DNA from: Lytechinus pictus
Taxonomy: Eukaryota
Length of the DNA: 60,000 bases
Assembly: GCF_037042905.1 (NCBI RefSeq)
Contig: NC_087250.1
Coordinates: 16,184,001-16,244,000 of the forward strand
Direction: 5' to 3'
Below the pieces are notes generated by a model that saw only the letters and a program-made list of their open reading frames with translations, was not told where the DNA came from and did no database searches. This document shows, piece by piece, positions 11,801 through 27,200 of this stretch; the stretch's first letter is position 1; every line of letters starts with the position of its first letter. The translations under genes and the position numbers were made by a program.

Positions 11801-14800
11801 GATAAAATACATAAACAAGTAAAGCAAGGTGATAAAAAGAGGGAGATAAAGAGAGACAGACAGAAAGTTGGTGGATGGAAATACGGACTCGGGGAGGATA
11901 AATATATATATATTATTATTTATATCTATATTAAAGAAAAATAACGAAGAACAAGTATAAAGAAATAAATTCTTGGTAGTGAGGAAAATATTTCAAAGCA
12001 ACGCACACTGATCAATTCCTTATTCATGTGAGGAAGCTATGATTATAATAATTTCTCAAATCGAGGACTACCTTTTTCAGGTTGGATACGCATATATATT
12101 CTTACAACATTAATTATGATATCATTCATAGATTATGAGTGTACCAGTCCAGGAATTCCCCTTGGCCTTGAGAATGGTGACGTCATAGATACACAGATCA
12201 CAGCATCCAGTGAGGATCAGACGTACAAGACGGCCACTGCAAGATTACACGGACCACAGTGCTGGCAGCCCTTAATACACGATAAATTGCAGTGGTTACA
12301 AGTCGACCTACTCGACGCACACCTTCTTACTGGTCTCTCCGTGCAAGGAAGGGTTGATGAAGATTATTACGTCACAGCTTTTACTTTGAAGTACTCCCTC
12401 ATTGACACAGTATGGTCAGTTTACAAAGATGAACTTAAACAAGTTAAGGTGATACATTTATCTTCTGTCTACTTTTGATCCTTATATCAGCTGTCCTTAT
12501 ATACCTGGCTACTATGTAGTTATTTTGGCTATGATCATAAAAGCTTTAATGAAGGTTGAAAACCCTCAAACATTCAACAATCAATTAACAATATCCACGC
12601 TTTACGTGTTTGGTTGGTGCTTGACTTTAATATTGTTTTTATTAATGAGAATAATTACACACCATTACACAATGTTCGGTATTTCCAACTTCACTCTAGT
12701 TACTGCCACAGAGAAATAACCGTGATCTAACAGCTATCGTATCTCTATCAACCAGCTCCGTTTACTCGTATTTCTGTGATATAACGGTGGACGCTATGAA
12801 ACTATGACGTCATAATCATAAGGTACACTACATAGATGTGCCACACTCCCAATATCACTTCTTCTGTTCTGAATGAAACCCAAGTATTTCCCAGGTAACG
12901 TCGATGGCTCCTCTGTGCAGACTCACTCCTTATACCCCGGTGTAGTGACCCGTTACGTTCGTATCCAGCCGTGGGCCTGGGAAGGGCAGATAGCTATCAG
13001 ACTAGAACTCATCGGTGTTGGACCAATTGCAGTGTGGGATGGTAAGTTGATAGTACTTTTATATTGAGTGTTTTGAATTGACAAGTTACTGTAAAACATG
13101 TTAAAAAGAACACCCGCCCTTTATGATTAAACTGGACAGTTCTTAAAAGAGAAATATAATTTGGAAAAGTAGGGAGTGCTCAATAGATGTGTTTGCATGT
13201 TTATGGGAGGTAATGAGGATGAGGGGGGTAATATCGAGCGAGAGGGAGAGAGACGGAGAAAGGTACGGGTGAGATTAAATCCATCGAAATAGGCAAACCG
13301 AACCAGGCCTTAGAATTAATGAAAGAAAGTATATGTATTCCTCTTTTCAGATGTAATGAAGAGCAACTGCAGCTTTGATATCGATCTTTGTGGCTGGCAA
13401 CAAGCCTTGGATGACGATTCTGATTGGCTACACCAGGGATCACGTGTGCCATCACATGACTCCTATCCTGCGCATGATCACATGAATTCGTGTGAGTAAT
13501 GAGCAAGATATAGATCTGTATTCAACTCTACTTCATTTCTGATTAGTATCCCTCGAGAAACAATGTTGTCATTAGACACAGTGGTTCTAATGAATCCCCC
13601 CCCCCAAAAAAAAATATATATAGAAAATAAATATAAATTAAAAAGATTGCCCTATTGAAAAAAAAATCCACGTGGAAAAAAGTGGAATACACAGCGAAGT
13701 TTGTCATGCCGGAGTCAACACTGGACTCCAATTATCTATTCGATTGCAATCTACATTATATATTATTATTCTATTATTATTTAACAGAGCAATATACCTA
13801 TATATCTATATCACTTTAGATGGCGCCTACGTCGTTATGACATCTAACCCTTCAATCAACCAAACGGCTAAACTACAGAGTCCACCAATTAAAAGTCGGG
13901 AAAGTTCTAACTCAAGTTGTCTTCGATTCTGGACTTACATGAATGGGGGTAGTGTTGGGAACCTCCGTGTTTATGTTTCTAACAACAAGACCGTCGTGAC
14001 ATCAGAGCATTTAGTGTTTGCTAGGTCAGGCAATCAAGGTGATCGCTGGATCTCTGCTGAGGTAAGTAATCTTGAACACTTTGGAAAAGAATTTCAGATG
14101 CTGCCTATATTGTGCTTGGGGTCCCTGCATTAGTGAAACACAGATCTTTCATTTCATTGCTTTAACAGTGCTGTTCCCTCATTTTTGTCATTAATTTGTA
14201 CAGCATGGATATATTACAATATCATATAAAAAAGAACAACTCGCAATGAACATAGGACGATCAGATTGTACGAAAATGAGTTTATTTACCTATGTAGGCC
14301 AATAATTGCAGTTTATTGTCAAGATACACATAACAAGTAGGTTAAAATTTACACTATCAATCAATCGAAATTACAATGCGAAAGCTTACAACTATGTGTT
14401 TCGCTCTTCATTCTCCGTGTAAATTTATGAGTTTATGATGCAAATTCAAAATCTTGGAAAAAGAGTTTTGTTTACAATTTTCAGTCTAATCGCATTGTTT
14501 TTGTTTGATACAAAAAGACTCCTAAATAAATACTGCAACCCCTTAAAGGGGTACACCGGACTAGAAACAACATGGTTTCGAACATATAAAAATCAGACAA
14601 ACAAAACACTGACAATTTTATGGAAATCGGACTCTATGCAAAACACGGACATGTTTACCTTGATATGAAAAAAAAAATCGAACTTTGAATCTCACAGACG
14701 TGAGAAGGATAAAGTAACTTATTCTCTAGAACCTCATTTTCCTGGCCTACGGAACATGATGTTATTGTCTCAAAGTAGAACTACTAGCAAGGAACTGTAT

Positions 14801-15171
14801 TTGCTATTATTAATCAAAAGATAATAATGATAATAAACATGGCGTAAAACCAAACAACATAGATTATTGGTGAATCTTATAACAATTGGCCAGCAACGTT
14901 CATTATTGTGTAACTGCCCTTTCACATGGTAAAACAAATCGCAATTTGAATGATTCCAGTGAAAAATAAGGCTAATGACGAATATTTAGCACGTGTAAAA
15001 CCAAACTAGGACATAATTAGAATCACGAACGCCAATCACAGTTACGATTACAATAGCAACCATCGTTACACCGATGATCCAAGATTCACGTGTGAAAGGC
15101 CCTAAGTCTTGTGGGCCGATCACCAAAGCTGTCTTAGGCTGGCATTTGCTATTTTAGATATAAATATATAC

Positions 15172-15205
<34 letters not shown>

Positions 15206-18200
15206 TCAAAATAGATCGTTCTCTCATATCATTCTCGAATTCAGCAGGAATCTGCTCAAATAGGAGTATCCGTATCAAACTACACTCTTAAAACTGTTGG
15301 GCATCATACTGTCCACACAGTTAAAACTTTATCCGATTCTGCTAAGTTTGAAACCAATAATGTGTGCTTTGGGTGAAAACTACACATTGTTGGTTAAAAA
15401 CTGCCCATACTTGGATACATTTTTAAACCAATTGAAGAGTGCAAAGTAAGTGTTGGAGATTAGCAAACTGTCGATATGCCATTGTTCTTTCTAGAAGCAT
15501 CTAATCCATGAACATGCAATTTTTTGTGAATCCCAGTACAAGACCGATGATTGTGGGGCTTTTATTTAATCTTTCTCATTAGGTTGAATTCATAATGCCC
15601 CATGATGCACCATTCTACATCACATTTGAAGGCAGGCTCAAATCATGGGACATTGGCTCTATAGCACTAGATGACGTCACAATCACTCCAGGCAATTGCC
15701 CTGCAAGTAAGTGTAATGGGTCTGAAGCATGTATTTAAAAACCTCACAACCAAAACCACAAACACAGCAGCAAGAATCACACAGAGCGTTATAAGTTGCA
15801 ATGTTTATCAAAATCTAATAAGTTTCTAATGTGTGCGAATCAATAAAAACATTTACACATGTATTAATGATTTTGCTACTTAAACGATGATATCAATTAT
15901 GCCTGTATAACCTAAAAAATGAAAGAATAAACTTCGCGTTACTTATAATAAGCATCTTAAATATATAACCGATGCATTTATTTTGTTGTTTTATATGGTT
16001 ATATTGCCAATTTAGGGATTAGATCAATAGAATGTGATTACGATGTCACTGATTGTGGATGGTATCAAGAGGATTCAGATGACACAGATTGGATGTTCAT
16101 ATCAGGAAGCCCTCCTACCAGCTCCAAGATGCCTCAGCACGATCATTCTATGTCACGTGGTAATTTGTTGCTATTGCATAGAAAGATAATCCAACACACA
16201 CATACACACACCCAGACACACGCGCGCCCCCTCACACACTTCCGTGCACACACACTAGGGAGCGACGCCCATCCGACTAGTCCCCCAACCAAGGGTTTTA
16301 TATAAGTCACCCCCCCTCGAGGACGGCGTTTGGATATGGTAACTGCATGGTGACACACCCTCGAAAATTTTTACTTGTTTTAATTGAAATAGGTAGGGAG
16401 CAAATCTGGGTCTTAATATCAAGGAGATTATGGTTAAAACACATTTTATTTGGTGAATTCACACCTTCTTACCCGCAAGTAACACACAAGGCATCCCCGG
16501 GAAGGTGTGACTCGTTATAGTCTGCCCTCCACAAATAAATAAAAGTTTTTAGAGCTGACTAAGTTATAAATAGTGATATTTTGTCCATTCAATTATTATT
16601 TCATTTGTTATATAACGAACAACTGAAAAACTACTAGACATGGTTTACCCACTCAATACGAAAAGCTTACACGTGATTGTAAACGCAACACCATGTGATG
16701 TGAATCCAATAAGGCCTATCATTTAATGTCAGTTTTGAATTACACATTCATCTTAATTGTAATACATAAGTACTGGCTTCAATATCGCTCTTAAAATCAT
16801 TAATTGTCACCCAAGACACATTTTACCAGAGTACTTAGTCAAGGGGTTTTATCGTATTCATCTGACTTCTTATTTGTATTCAAATGTAATCTTCACCGAG
16901 TCCCTTACAAGATAATCGAAGCAAATACCAAAGTCACTACTACGCCTCTTAACTATCGATTTTTATCATCTAGTGTGAAATATCAAAACTATGAATAATT
17001 TGTTACGCTTTTTTTTTTTTTTTTTAACTTGGCAAAATAAAGAAGAAAGGTGTATTGTACATGGATATATTACGGATAATACTGTGTGAAAACTAATATT
17101 TTCCTTCCTTCAGTGTACGTATTCGGAAGGGTTTATAGTATTGATTATTGCTGATTTACCCCAAACCAGATGGAAGATACCTGTACATTCTGGGATCGGG
17201 GAATGATGAATTTCACGAAGCTCGAATAGCAAGCCCTGTCATAACGATAGACGACTCTCCAGACAAAATCTGCTTCAGTTTCTGGTATTACGCCCTCAGC
17301 GATGGAACCAGTGAATTGAGTGTGGAGTTTGTGGAAGACGGGCCTGTCACAAACGTTGCTCTCACAGAAAAGATAACTATTGTATACAACAATGAAAAAG
17401 TTTGGCGACAGTCAAGGGTATGAAAATTGCATTTTTTTAATGAACTTTGTATTTTCTCATCATAATGATACATACAGTCAGTTATTGATTGAAACTGATT
17501 TGAAAGATTCCACGTGTTGCAACTCTTCGTCCAATGGCCGTTCATTATTTTCTTTTATCCTGAAGTTTGTGCCGGAGCAATGGATAGATAAATGGTTCTT
17601 AAGAAACCTTCATTTGATGTTTAGTATCAATGGTGCAATGGGAAAATCAAGATTCGCAGAAAATACATATAGATAGACACCCAAAAGAAATAATTATATT
17701 TCCTTGGACATCATTTAGTGTACAGAATGATTTACTTTCCCTTATATTTCTCATGTTAATAAGATACTGGGTGACTTTGCATGTAGCTGATTGGACGTGT
17801 CAAAGTGTGTCTCGGGCTGCCGCATTCGGAAATATTGAGTCACTAGAAACTATTCAAATTTATGTAAAATCTATGAAAAAGTAGTAAGTAAAAGTGCGAA
17901 TTGATTGATTTTTTTTTCGTACATTAGATCACCGTCTACTATCCGCCTCCTACTCCATTTTACATGGTCATAGTAGGCAAGGTCAAAGGTCATCATATTC
18001 TAGCTATTGATGACAGCACCCTCTATTACGGTCAATGTCTGGATGGTAAGTAAATAGTAGAGTATTAAAAACGTTCTGATTGCAAAGTTACAAACGGAAA
18101 TACGAGCGTCTTAAATAATGAATATAAAAAGCCTGCACTGGATTTTCGATGAATTACAAGGATTTTCTAGATTCATTATTTTCTTAGAATTTTAGATTTG

Positions 18201-21200
18201 CAGGTGCTGATAGTAGTTAAATATTGAATTTAATATTAGTGAAGACAGGGGCGGATCCAGGATTTTCCAAAGGGGGGGGGGCATTTTGCCGAAAAAAAAT
18301 TGGACAAGCAAAAAAAACAGGATCTCAACAAACAAATAAGGACATTTCGTCCACGAAGAATGTGAAGTCTTCCCTTTCAAGGGGGGGGGGGGGCACACTT
18401 CTGTTTAACGGCATTTTTACATTACAAATTTTAATTGTGCCTCTCAAAAAGGAGGCCCGTGCCCCCTCCCCCTTGCTATTCGCCAGTGAGTGCAGAGAAT
18501 GAAAAAGGCTATATTTGAAAGGAAATAACGTTCAGCATAGTTAAAATTGATTAATTTACCATAAATATCTTCGGGCTTTCATTTTCGTAGTTTCTAGTTG
18601 TGTTAAAAGTATTGAAACACAACCGGATGAAAAGAGAGACATAAAATCAGATATGGATACAACTGATTTCAGAAACGTGTATGCATTCTCCTTTTTAATG
18701 AATGCATTATAATAGATCAAATAGGGTCATGTGGCCCGGTGGTTAGAGTATTAGACTCCAGATGCCGAGATTTTGAATTCGAATCTCCGCTTTGCCATTG
18801 CATCCACTAAAAGACCCGATAGTAATTTCTGTCATCTATAAGGTCAGCCACTATACCTGATTAAATTAGACGTAAGAATATGATAATTATTATCAAGGCC
18901 AATTGCAGCGGGTCGTAACTGTTGTATGTAATCATTTATAAATGATATCAATAGCCTGGTAACTTGTATTTATTATATTGTTTAATTAGTAAATGCTTAT
19001 TTTTCCAATACATAGGTTAGAATATTAGATAAAACAAAAATGGAGTTATTTCACATCTACCTTAGATGAAATACGATCTTTGCTTTAATTCGTTATATCA
19101 GACCCGTCATCGCTTCCTCAATCTGGGTACATCGATGGCTATCAAACATTACCAGGTAAGCCGTGACGTCTTAGGTCAAGGGTCATGAATGAGTGGTAAA
19201 CATATTGTTCAGTTCAGACGTGGGATCAGAATAATGAAGAAATTACATCATTGAAAATAAAGCAGCTTCTGTTCTTCAATTAATTTAACGATTATTACAC
19301 TTATGCTTATAGAAATGATGATGATAATAATAATAACAACAATAATAATGATAAAAATTATGATGAGGAGGATTTGATGATAAATTACGATAATTCAGTC
19401 ACTTTTTTACTAGGTCATGACAGACAATAAATGCATATTCAGCTTGTTCATTAAAACAAATTAATTATCAAACACTACATTACGGAAGTTACACGAAAAT
19501 ACAAAACAATTGAACAATATAATTAACCATACCACAACATTGCTTACTTGCACTCGTTAATGATTTTATGCAACGAGGTATGGGAAATTAATGTTCAGTA
19601 AACGCGACAAATTTAATATTGAAATAGAGATAGGAAATATAAAACTTTAAGTCATTGTCTAGGTCTGATGTTCATTATTTCTAATCTATCTGATGATTTA
19701 AATCCACTACCTTTTAATAGCATCATGCGCTGTCTGGAAGCGACGCGGGCAGACATCAGATGGTCATTACACAATAGATCCTGACGGTCCAGGGAACGGC
19801 GTTCATCCATTCAGAGTGTACTGTGATATGACGACTGATGAACATACAGGTAAGGAATTATAGTGGGGAATATAACAAAATATACCATGGTGACCCCTGG
19901 CCTAATTCGAGGTTATCCAGTGCATATACTACTGATTTTGGAAAGAATATGGGAAAATAGACACCAAAGGGTCCCGGAATGTTGTCAACCTTATTTATTT
20001 TATTTGTATTACTAATCATCATGAAGCAGAAACGATAAGTTTACAATTCATAACATAATTCTTGACATTAATATGCATGCCTATTATTGAAAAAGGTAAA
20101 TGATAACATCAAATTATAGCTATAGATATGATAGTTGATAATGAAACGAATATGTGATTGATCATACCGAAATGAGAGACAAGTCGGAATTTTTCAAATC
20201 CAATTTTTTTAGTGATTATTATTCCCCGTTTCTTTACCTTTAATTTGATATATCACTCGACCCTTAAGAGTAAATATTAGTGGAGATATTAGCCTTAGAA
20301 TGCAAGAAGAATTGGGATCTTGAAAATAAAAATCAAGAGAAAAACGCCTTCGAAGTTTGACTTCCGTTTTGACCCTGCTCCATGAAAAAAATCTATTTTG
20401 CCACCGTCGAGCTAACCGAAATGCCCTAGTAACCGCTTGCCAAAAAAGGCGAAACGATTAACCAATGAGGAGGCTGCATTGAGAACAATAGTCAACTTGC
20501 AAGTCACGCGCGACTGCAAGACGAAACAACGTTCCATGTCAATCAATTATCTTCTCCGCATTACTGGTTAAACCGGGGTTTTATAATAATCTTCGTGAAG
20601 AATGCCATGATCTCCCTTATTAATGAAATAAAAGGCGGAGATAAAAGGTTGGACCTAAAACCATGGAGGAGGGAGTATTCCAATGATTTTCATTGTGCCA
20701 TCGGCTTGTTTGAATGTCGATGGCGTTTACTCTCACCCGGACTCTTGACATGTAATCTAGCAAGCGAGTCATTATGACCTGAACTTTAACCGCATGTCAA
20801 AAAAAACTATCCCTGATAAAATGGTAAGATGGACCATCAAATTAATTTGTACCTCACCTTTACTAATGGCTTGTGTGCTCATGTTTTATTAATGCTTATG
20901 TTAGATTGAGAAAGTGATGACAAAAACGCGAATAATTTGTCCAATATCGTCTATTACCGATCATTTGGGGGGGTATAATTTACAACATTGGAATGATTCA
21001 AAATAAAGGTATATTAAAGGTCAAGTCCACCTCAGAAAAATGTTGATTTGAATGAATAGAGAAAAATCAGACAAGCATAATGCTGAAAATTTCATCAAAA
21101 TCGGATGTAAAATAAGAAAGTTATGACATTTCAAAGTTTTGCTTATTTTTAACAAAATAGTTATATGAACGAGCCAGTTACATCCAGATGAGAGAGTCGA

Positions 21201-24200
21201 TGATGTCACTCACTCACTATTTATTTTGTTTTTTATTGTTTGAATTATACAATATTTCAATTTTTACGAATTTGATGATTAGGACCTCCTTGCCTGAAGA
21301 ACAAAATGTTAAAATAATGGAATTCCACTTGTTCAGGGAGGAATGAAACTTCATTTCACATGGCAATGACGAGAAAATCAAAATATTTCATATTTCATAT
21401 AATAAAATACAAAAGAAATAGTGAGTGAGTGACGTCATCGACTCTCTCATCTGGCTCGTTCATATAACTATTTTGTAAAAAATAAGCGAAACTTTAAAAT
21501 GTCATTACTTTCTTATTTTACATCCGATTTTGATGAAATTTTCAGTGTAATGCTTGTTGATTTTTTCTCTTTTTATTCAAATCAAGTTTTTGTTGGGGTG
21601 GACTTGTCCTTTAATGAAAAAGGTAATAGAAAAAGGGTTATAGCGATTCTAAAAGTTATGCAGAAAAACTTGACATAAACGTTTTAATTCTACAACAAAA
21701 ATAGCGAGGAGGTACCCTGCGTAAAGTCCCGTCGTAATTATTTCCAACAGAGGATAGATTAGGGGAGATACGCTTTTTATTTTTTAAACAAACAAGCGCA
21801 CACCTAGTTACAAATAATACGTAATGCATTTCCATTTATCTGAATGTAGTATATAAGAGCAAAGGTGTCGTAGCCGCGGAGATCGATCCCGGACTCTCCA
21901 TGTATAGCCAGGCACCTTAGACCACTCGGCCACGGCACCTTCAATATGAATAATGATTCGGATCGATATCAAGCACAACCAATATTTTATTGATTTGATT
22001 TGATTTATTGATTTCCGTTTCACAACATGATAAGTATAACAAAACAAGGTAGAAAATAACGCAAGACGTAATAAAATATATATAACATAATCTTAGATTT
22101 AAGGAGCACAATTCAATAAAAAAAAATTACCTAGTATGACAATTGTATTTTAAAGTAAAACGGAGGGTCTTGCCGGAAAAAGCAAAGCTTGTACAAAAGG
22201 CAATGCCCTAAATAAACTTAGTTTCATTACAAAAAAAACCCACAGTATTCGAACACAGTAACAGAATAGAATGAGAACATGCAAATGTCCTGTGCAACAA
22301 GTCTTTGTAAGATTGGATGATTAAATTTGGAAGAGAGAGAACCTCTCCCCCCCCCCCTCAAAAAAATAGGAAAAAAACATAATAATCATAATAGATTTAA
22401 AATCAAACGATGAAATGAAACAAAAATCCGAGACCAAAACATGACAGGACGGTGTCCTGGATGCTACGCTTGATTGTAACATTAATTATCTAGTTAAGTT
22501 TAAAATGAGTGTAAAATTAATGTTCTTTTCATTACAAGTTCATATGAGACATACTGAGTTATCAAATAATGATTGATATACATTATTTGATTTTATATTT
22601 ATTGCGATTTTTTTCTTCCTCGAAATTTATCAAACAAATGATTAAGAAATAGTTTTCTTCATTATAGCTATCATTCTCATACTGGCAATGATCGAGTTAA
22701 GCGAAGGATGTGGTTTGTTGAAAGAAAGTTCAAAGGACACAAAACGCCAAAGATCCCCTGTTAGTTATCCCTCGAAAATGGGATAACCCCCTCCCCCCAT
22801 ACACACACAGGTCAGGCCCTGTTTACAATCTCGCCGTTGGAATCGACTTGACCCTCACCTGTTCACTGTCAATAGGCCTACACTGCTTTGCGAAGAATGA
22901 AAGGTAAACAACGGGGATTTCTCCCTCTTCTTTCTTTTGTTGCCATAAGAAAGCGCTAGAATGAAAAGAACTATTATTGATTTTTTTTATTTCTTTTAAA
23001 TGCGTATCCGCCAAGCGACGTTGCCAAGATCGATACAAAGGTGTATCTTATCGATACAAAGGTGTATCCTTAAAAAAAAAATCTTGACTGGCGACTCCGA
23101 TTCTATCCTCATTTCCCACGAAGAAATGAACTCGAAGAATTTGCTTTTATATTACCAAAGATTTTTGAAATAAATATCAATAAATGAAAGAATTGACACA
23201 ATGTTTATTGTTGTCAGTTAACTTCATTTCAAGAAAGCTTCTGATAGAAAGATTGATTGAAGAGCCTTTGTATGTCTATTTTTATTGTTATTATTATTAC
23301 CAAGTTCCATTTTAACCCTAGTTCTCCCGGGGTTGGGGGACAATAATGCTTCCCCCCCCCTCGACAATTTTCTCGATATAAAATTATCTGCTGCTCAAAA
23401 TGTTTTCACCTCGCCGCTCACTAACTGTTTAATTTCAAGTCTCGCTCAAATTTTGAGACCAGATTTGTGACGCCGGGTACACGGTTACATTGCGCAACAT
23501 TATGTAAGTGCATGTCAGACCCCAAATTGCTCATAAACGTGATTTGATGTACAAATCCAATGCAAATTGTATATTTAGCCAAAATTCACAAACGAATCAT
23601 TATTTCTACTTTACTGATTAAACCCAAATTAATTCTGCCTTGTTTATGATCAGAATTAAGTCTGGAACAATTTCCATTGAAAAAAATTTGAAAAAACAAA
23701 GAAATACACAAGAAATAAAAAACAATAAAATACATAAGAAATCGGCCTTGGTACCAGATTATTTTTCATTCACAATTGTTAGGAATGCTATAAAGAATAT
23801 TTCCACCAAAAATAGCATTCTAGGAGCTTTATTTAGTGAATAAGGGTAAAAAGTATGATTTCATGTAAATTAGCATAACTAATTCATATAAAATAAAAAT
23901 ATATGAATTCAGTGAAATTTACCAATGCAACTGCGTAGACTACGTCATTCTCTACCATCATGCAAATTTTCGTTCTGATTGCGCGATCCGCGGCTGAGAT
24001 CTTAAGGGGGGGTCATAATGCCCCCCCCCCCGGGAATGACAAGAATAAAAATACCCCGGGAGATTTATGGTTAAACCTTAAAACTAGCCGCCATTTTAAA
24101 TCGAATTGCAGGTATGATTAAAATGTAATGTGTTTATAGTTCTCTGTTTTGTCTTGTCCGTTTTCTTAATTTTCCAATCGAACTTTCGACTCATTCCATT

Positions 24201-27200
24201 CTACCTTAATTTCCCGCTGTTAATTGTTTGCTATTTTGTCATCGTTGTTGTTAATTTCCCTTTCTTACTAATCACGCTAGCATAGTGTTTTGGAGTGACG
24301 TTCTTTCTCACAATGTTCTTCTTTCCTTCCTTTCCCGCTTTGTATGTTTTTATTACTTTTTAATAGGCGGATCCAGCTCTTGACGAAAGGGGGGGGGGGG
24401 GGGCATACTGCCGAGCGGCGCTCATAATTTTGTACTTCAACGGCGCCATAAAAGAACATTTAAAAAAAGGGGTAAAGTCTGACCCTGTTAAATGCTCTTT
24501 TATTTTATTTTATTTCCTTTATTTGTATTTTTTAAGCAGCGCCTTTTCTTTCTTTTACTTTTCTTTTCTTTTTTTTGAGCGGCGCCTTAGGGGGTTGGGG
24601 GCGTGCGCCCCCTCTGCCCCCTGGATCTGCTAGCATAGTATTTTGGAGTGACGTTCTTTCTCACAATGTTCTTCTTTCCTTCCTTTCCCGCTTTGTATGT
24701 TTTTATTACTTTTTAACAGGCGGATCCAGCTTTTGACGAAGGGGGGGGGGGGGGCATACTGCCGAGCGGCGCACATAAAAGAACATTTTGAAAAAGGGGG
24801 GTAAAGTCTGACCCTGTCAAATGCTCTTTTATTTTATTTGAATGCACGGCCCCCGGGTAGATACGAAAAATGGCACTTGCTAACACATTTAAAAGAGAAG
24901 ATCAAACTGGGAAAGAATGATAAACCGAAATATGAAGAGGATAAAACAAAGATAAGAACAAGAAGAAAAGGGGAATGGAGGAAAAGGCGGTAGGTGTGGC
25001 AAGGAAGAATAAAGAACGGCTGTGATAAAAAAAAATAGAAGATCGAATGGGGAGAACAAGCCTTATATAGAACAAAAAAATAAGAGGGAAAGGAAGAGGA
25101 ATAAGACGTTGGGATGAGCAAGGGAGAGAGAAAGTAGAAGAAAAAGGAAAAGAAATTAGATTTTAAGAAAAAAATAGAGCAAATCGACGAGGTAGGAGAA
25201 AACGAAATGGAGGAGGAGGAATAAGATCGTGGGGATGAGCAGGTGAGAGGAAGAAGGAAAACAGAAGTATAGTAAAGACTGGGAACGAAATTAAAAAAAA
25301 AGAATGAGGCGGTGGGTGAGGGAGGGAGAAAAGAGTGAAGGAGAGAAGAAAGAAAACCGGCAAAAAGAGAGGAGATCGAATGGTGAGAAGAACGAAAAAC
25401 AGAATTATGTAAATAGAAACGAAAAAGAAGAAAAGGGGAGAATAGGTTAAAAAGGTGGAGGGTGAATAAAGGGGGAGAGAAGAAGGAAAGAGGGAGAAAA
25501 TAATCGACATGGAAAAAAAAGAGAAGATCGAAAGGGGAGAAGAACGGAAAACAAGAGGAATTAACGAATTAGAATTAAAGAAGAAAAAGGGGTCGAGGAA
25601 AAACAAGGGGGAAAGAGACAGAATGGCCTGAATGAAAAGAGCGAACGAAAAGGGGGAGAAAGGAAGAAAAGAAGAAATAAAACACAAGAAAGACGAAGGA
25701 AGAAGGTAAGAGAATAAGAAAGAGAATAGATCTGGGCACAGTCAAATGAGACAACATGGCAATGACTTATAGGAAATGGAAATTTCAATAGCTGTATTTT
25801 AAATGACTTATTTTTTAAATCAATATCGTAAGACCCGTATACCATTATCAAAAAATAAAAATACAGGCCTACTGCATGGTCCTTTCGGGCCATATTTCAT
25901 TGGGAGCGGATCTAGAATTTTCCCAAAAAAGGTTTTCAACTATAATTATTAAGGATATTTCGTACCCGACAAAAAATTGACAAGCAAGAAAAAAAATAGG
26001 TCTTCAGTTTCAAAAGGGGGTACATCCCGGGGTACATCTCGGCTTCAATGGCATTTTTACATTACAATTTTTAATTTTTCTTCTCAAGGGGGGGGGGGGG
26101 GTTACCCCCCTGGATCCGCGCCTCAATTGTCGAAGTTAATATTCTACTGTCTCTGAATTCCTGTTATTTCTGACAGTTATTTCTTTCTCTATCGTTCATT
26201 CAAACATGATAAAAAATTGAATGTAAAAATAATTGGAAATAATGAATCCCACTACGCTTTTATGATAAACTTTTTTTCTTTTGTTAATGACACTGCAGAT
26301 CAATTAACCCACATTCGCGAACATACAATACTTTTGTGGATTTTAAACCCTTTCTTTTGAAAATAAAGTTTTATCTTCGAAACATCCCGATCACTTGCAA
26401 ATAATAGAGATTCTTCAACATGTCCATGTTATGTTTCATGAAATTAATCCTCGCCAACAAACCGTGTTATGATTACTTTGCGTTTATGCATGACTTTTTT
26501 CGCGATTATAGACAAGGCCTACACTCTAAATCAGGGAGGCCTATTAATCTATTGCTAACGCCCCCGCCTGGTACCAACTACAATTACCACAAAAATAACC
26601 CTTTAGAATTTGAATCCCGTTTGTTAACTTTTGCCAAGAAGCCCCCTTTTCAATTCCAAAATACGTATTGAAAGCGATGCTTTTGATCTTTCTTTTGAAG
26701 CTCATTGAACCATGGGTCCATGATTGAACCGACCGATCGATCGAGCGGCCGGTCGGACGCCGCCAGCTGAACACGAGTTTAATGAATAGCCAATCAACAA
26801 TGGCGTACGTTGCTAGGGGCGGGGCTTAGAATGAAGCGAAATTCGATAAGTCGAGCGTGCCAAGAATCAAAAAAATTTCGAACTGACCGAAAAAAAACAC
26901 TCGCAGAAAAACTGTTTTTTTATCACTTTCCCGTCATCAAATTCACTCATTATTTTTACAGAGTAATTATGAAACATGGAAGAATCAGAAAATGAAAAAA
27001 AAGAAAATCTTCAAAATCTTGACTTTTTTATTAGTTTGTCGAATTTCTAGGAATTTTGATTTGCGACTTGTCTCTCATTTCGGTATGATCAATCACATAT
27101 ATAAAAAAGTGACAGGTTTGACAGAGGAATATCACTAAATATCATCATCTTCTTTAAGGGTCTGTCGCGTCGTTTCGTAAAAGCCTTGAGGATGAGTAGC

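Larger units (their letters stand above)
20154..27096. mobile_element. ~6.9-kb TIR element without a transposase ORF (Sola1-like if TSD is ATAT), with nested insertions
   Basis: Perfect inverted repeat GTGATTGATCATACCGAAATGAGAGACAAGTCG at 20154-20186 and 27064-27096, flanked by ATAT. Confidence 0.8.

Noticed and set aside
24834..25893. Phe/Leu-rich minus-strand ORFs resembling membrane proteins
   Set aside because: Reverse complement of a purine-rich low-complexity tract.
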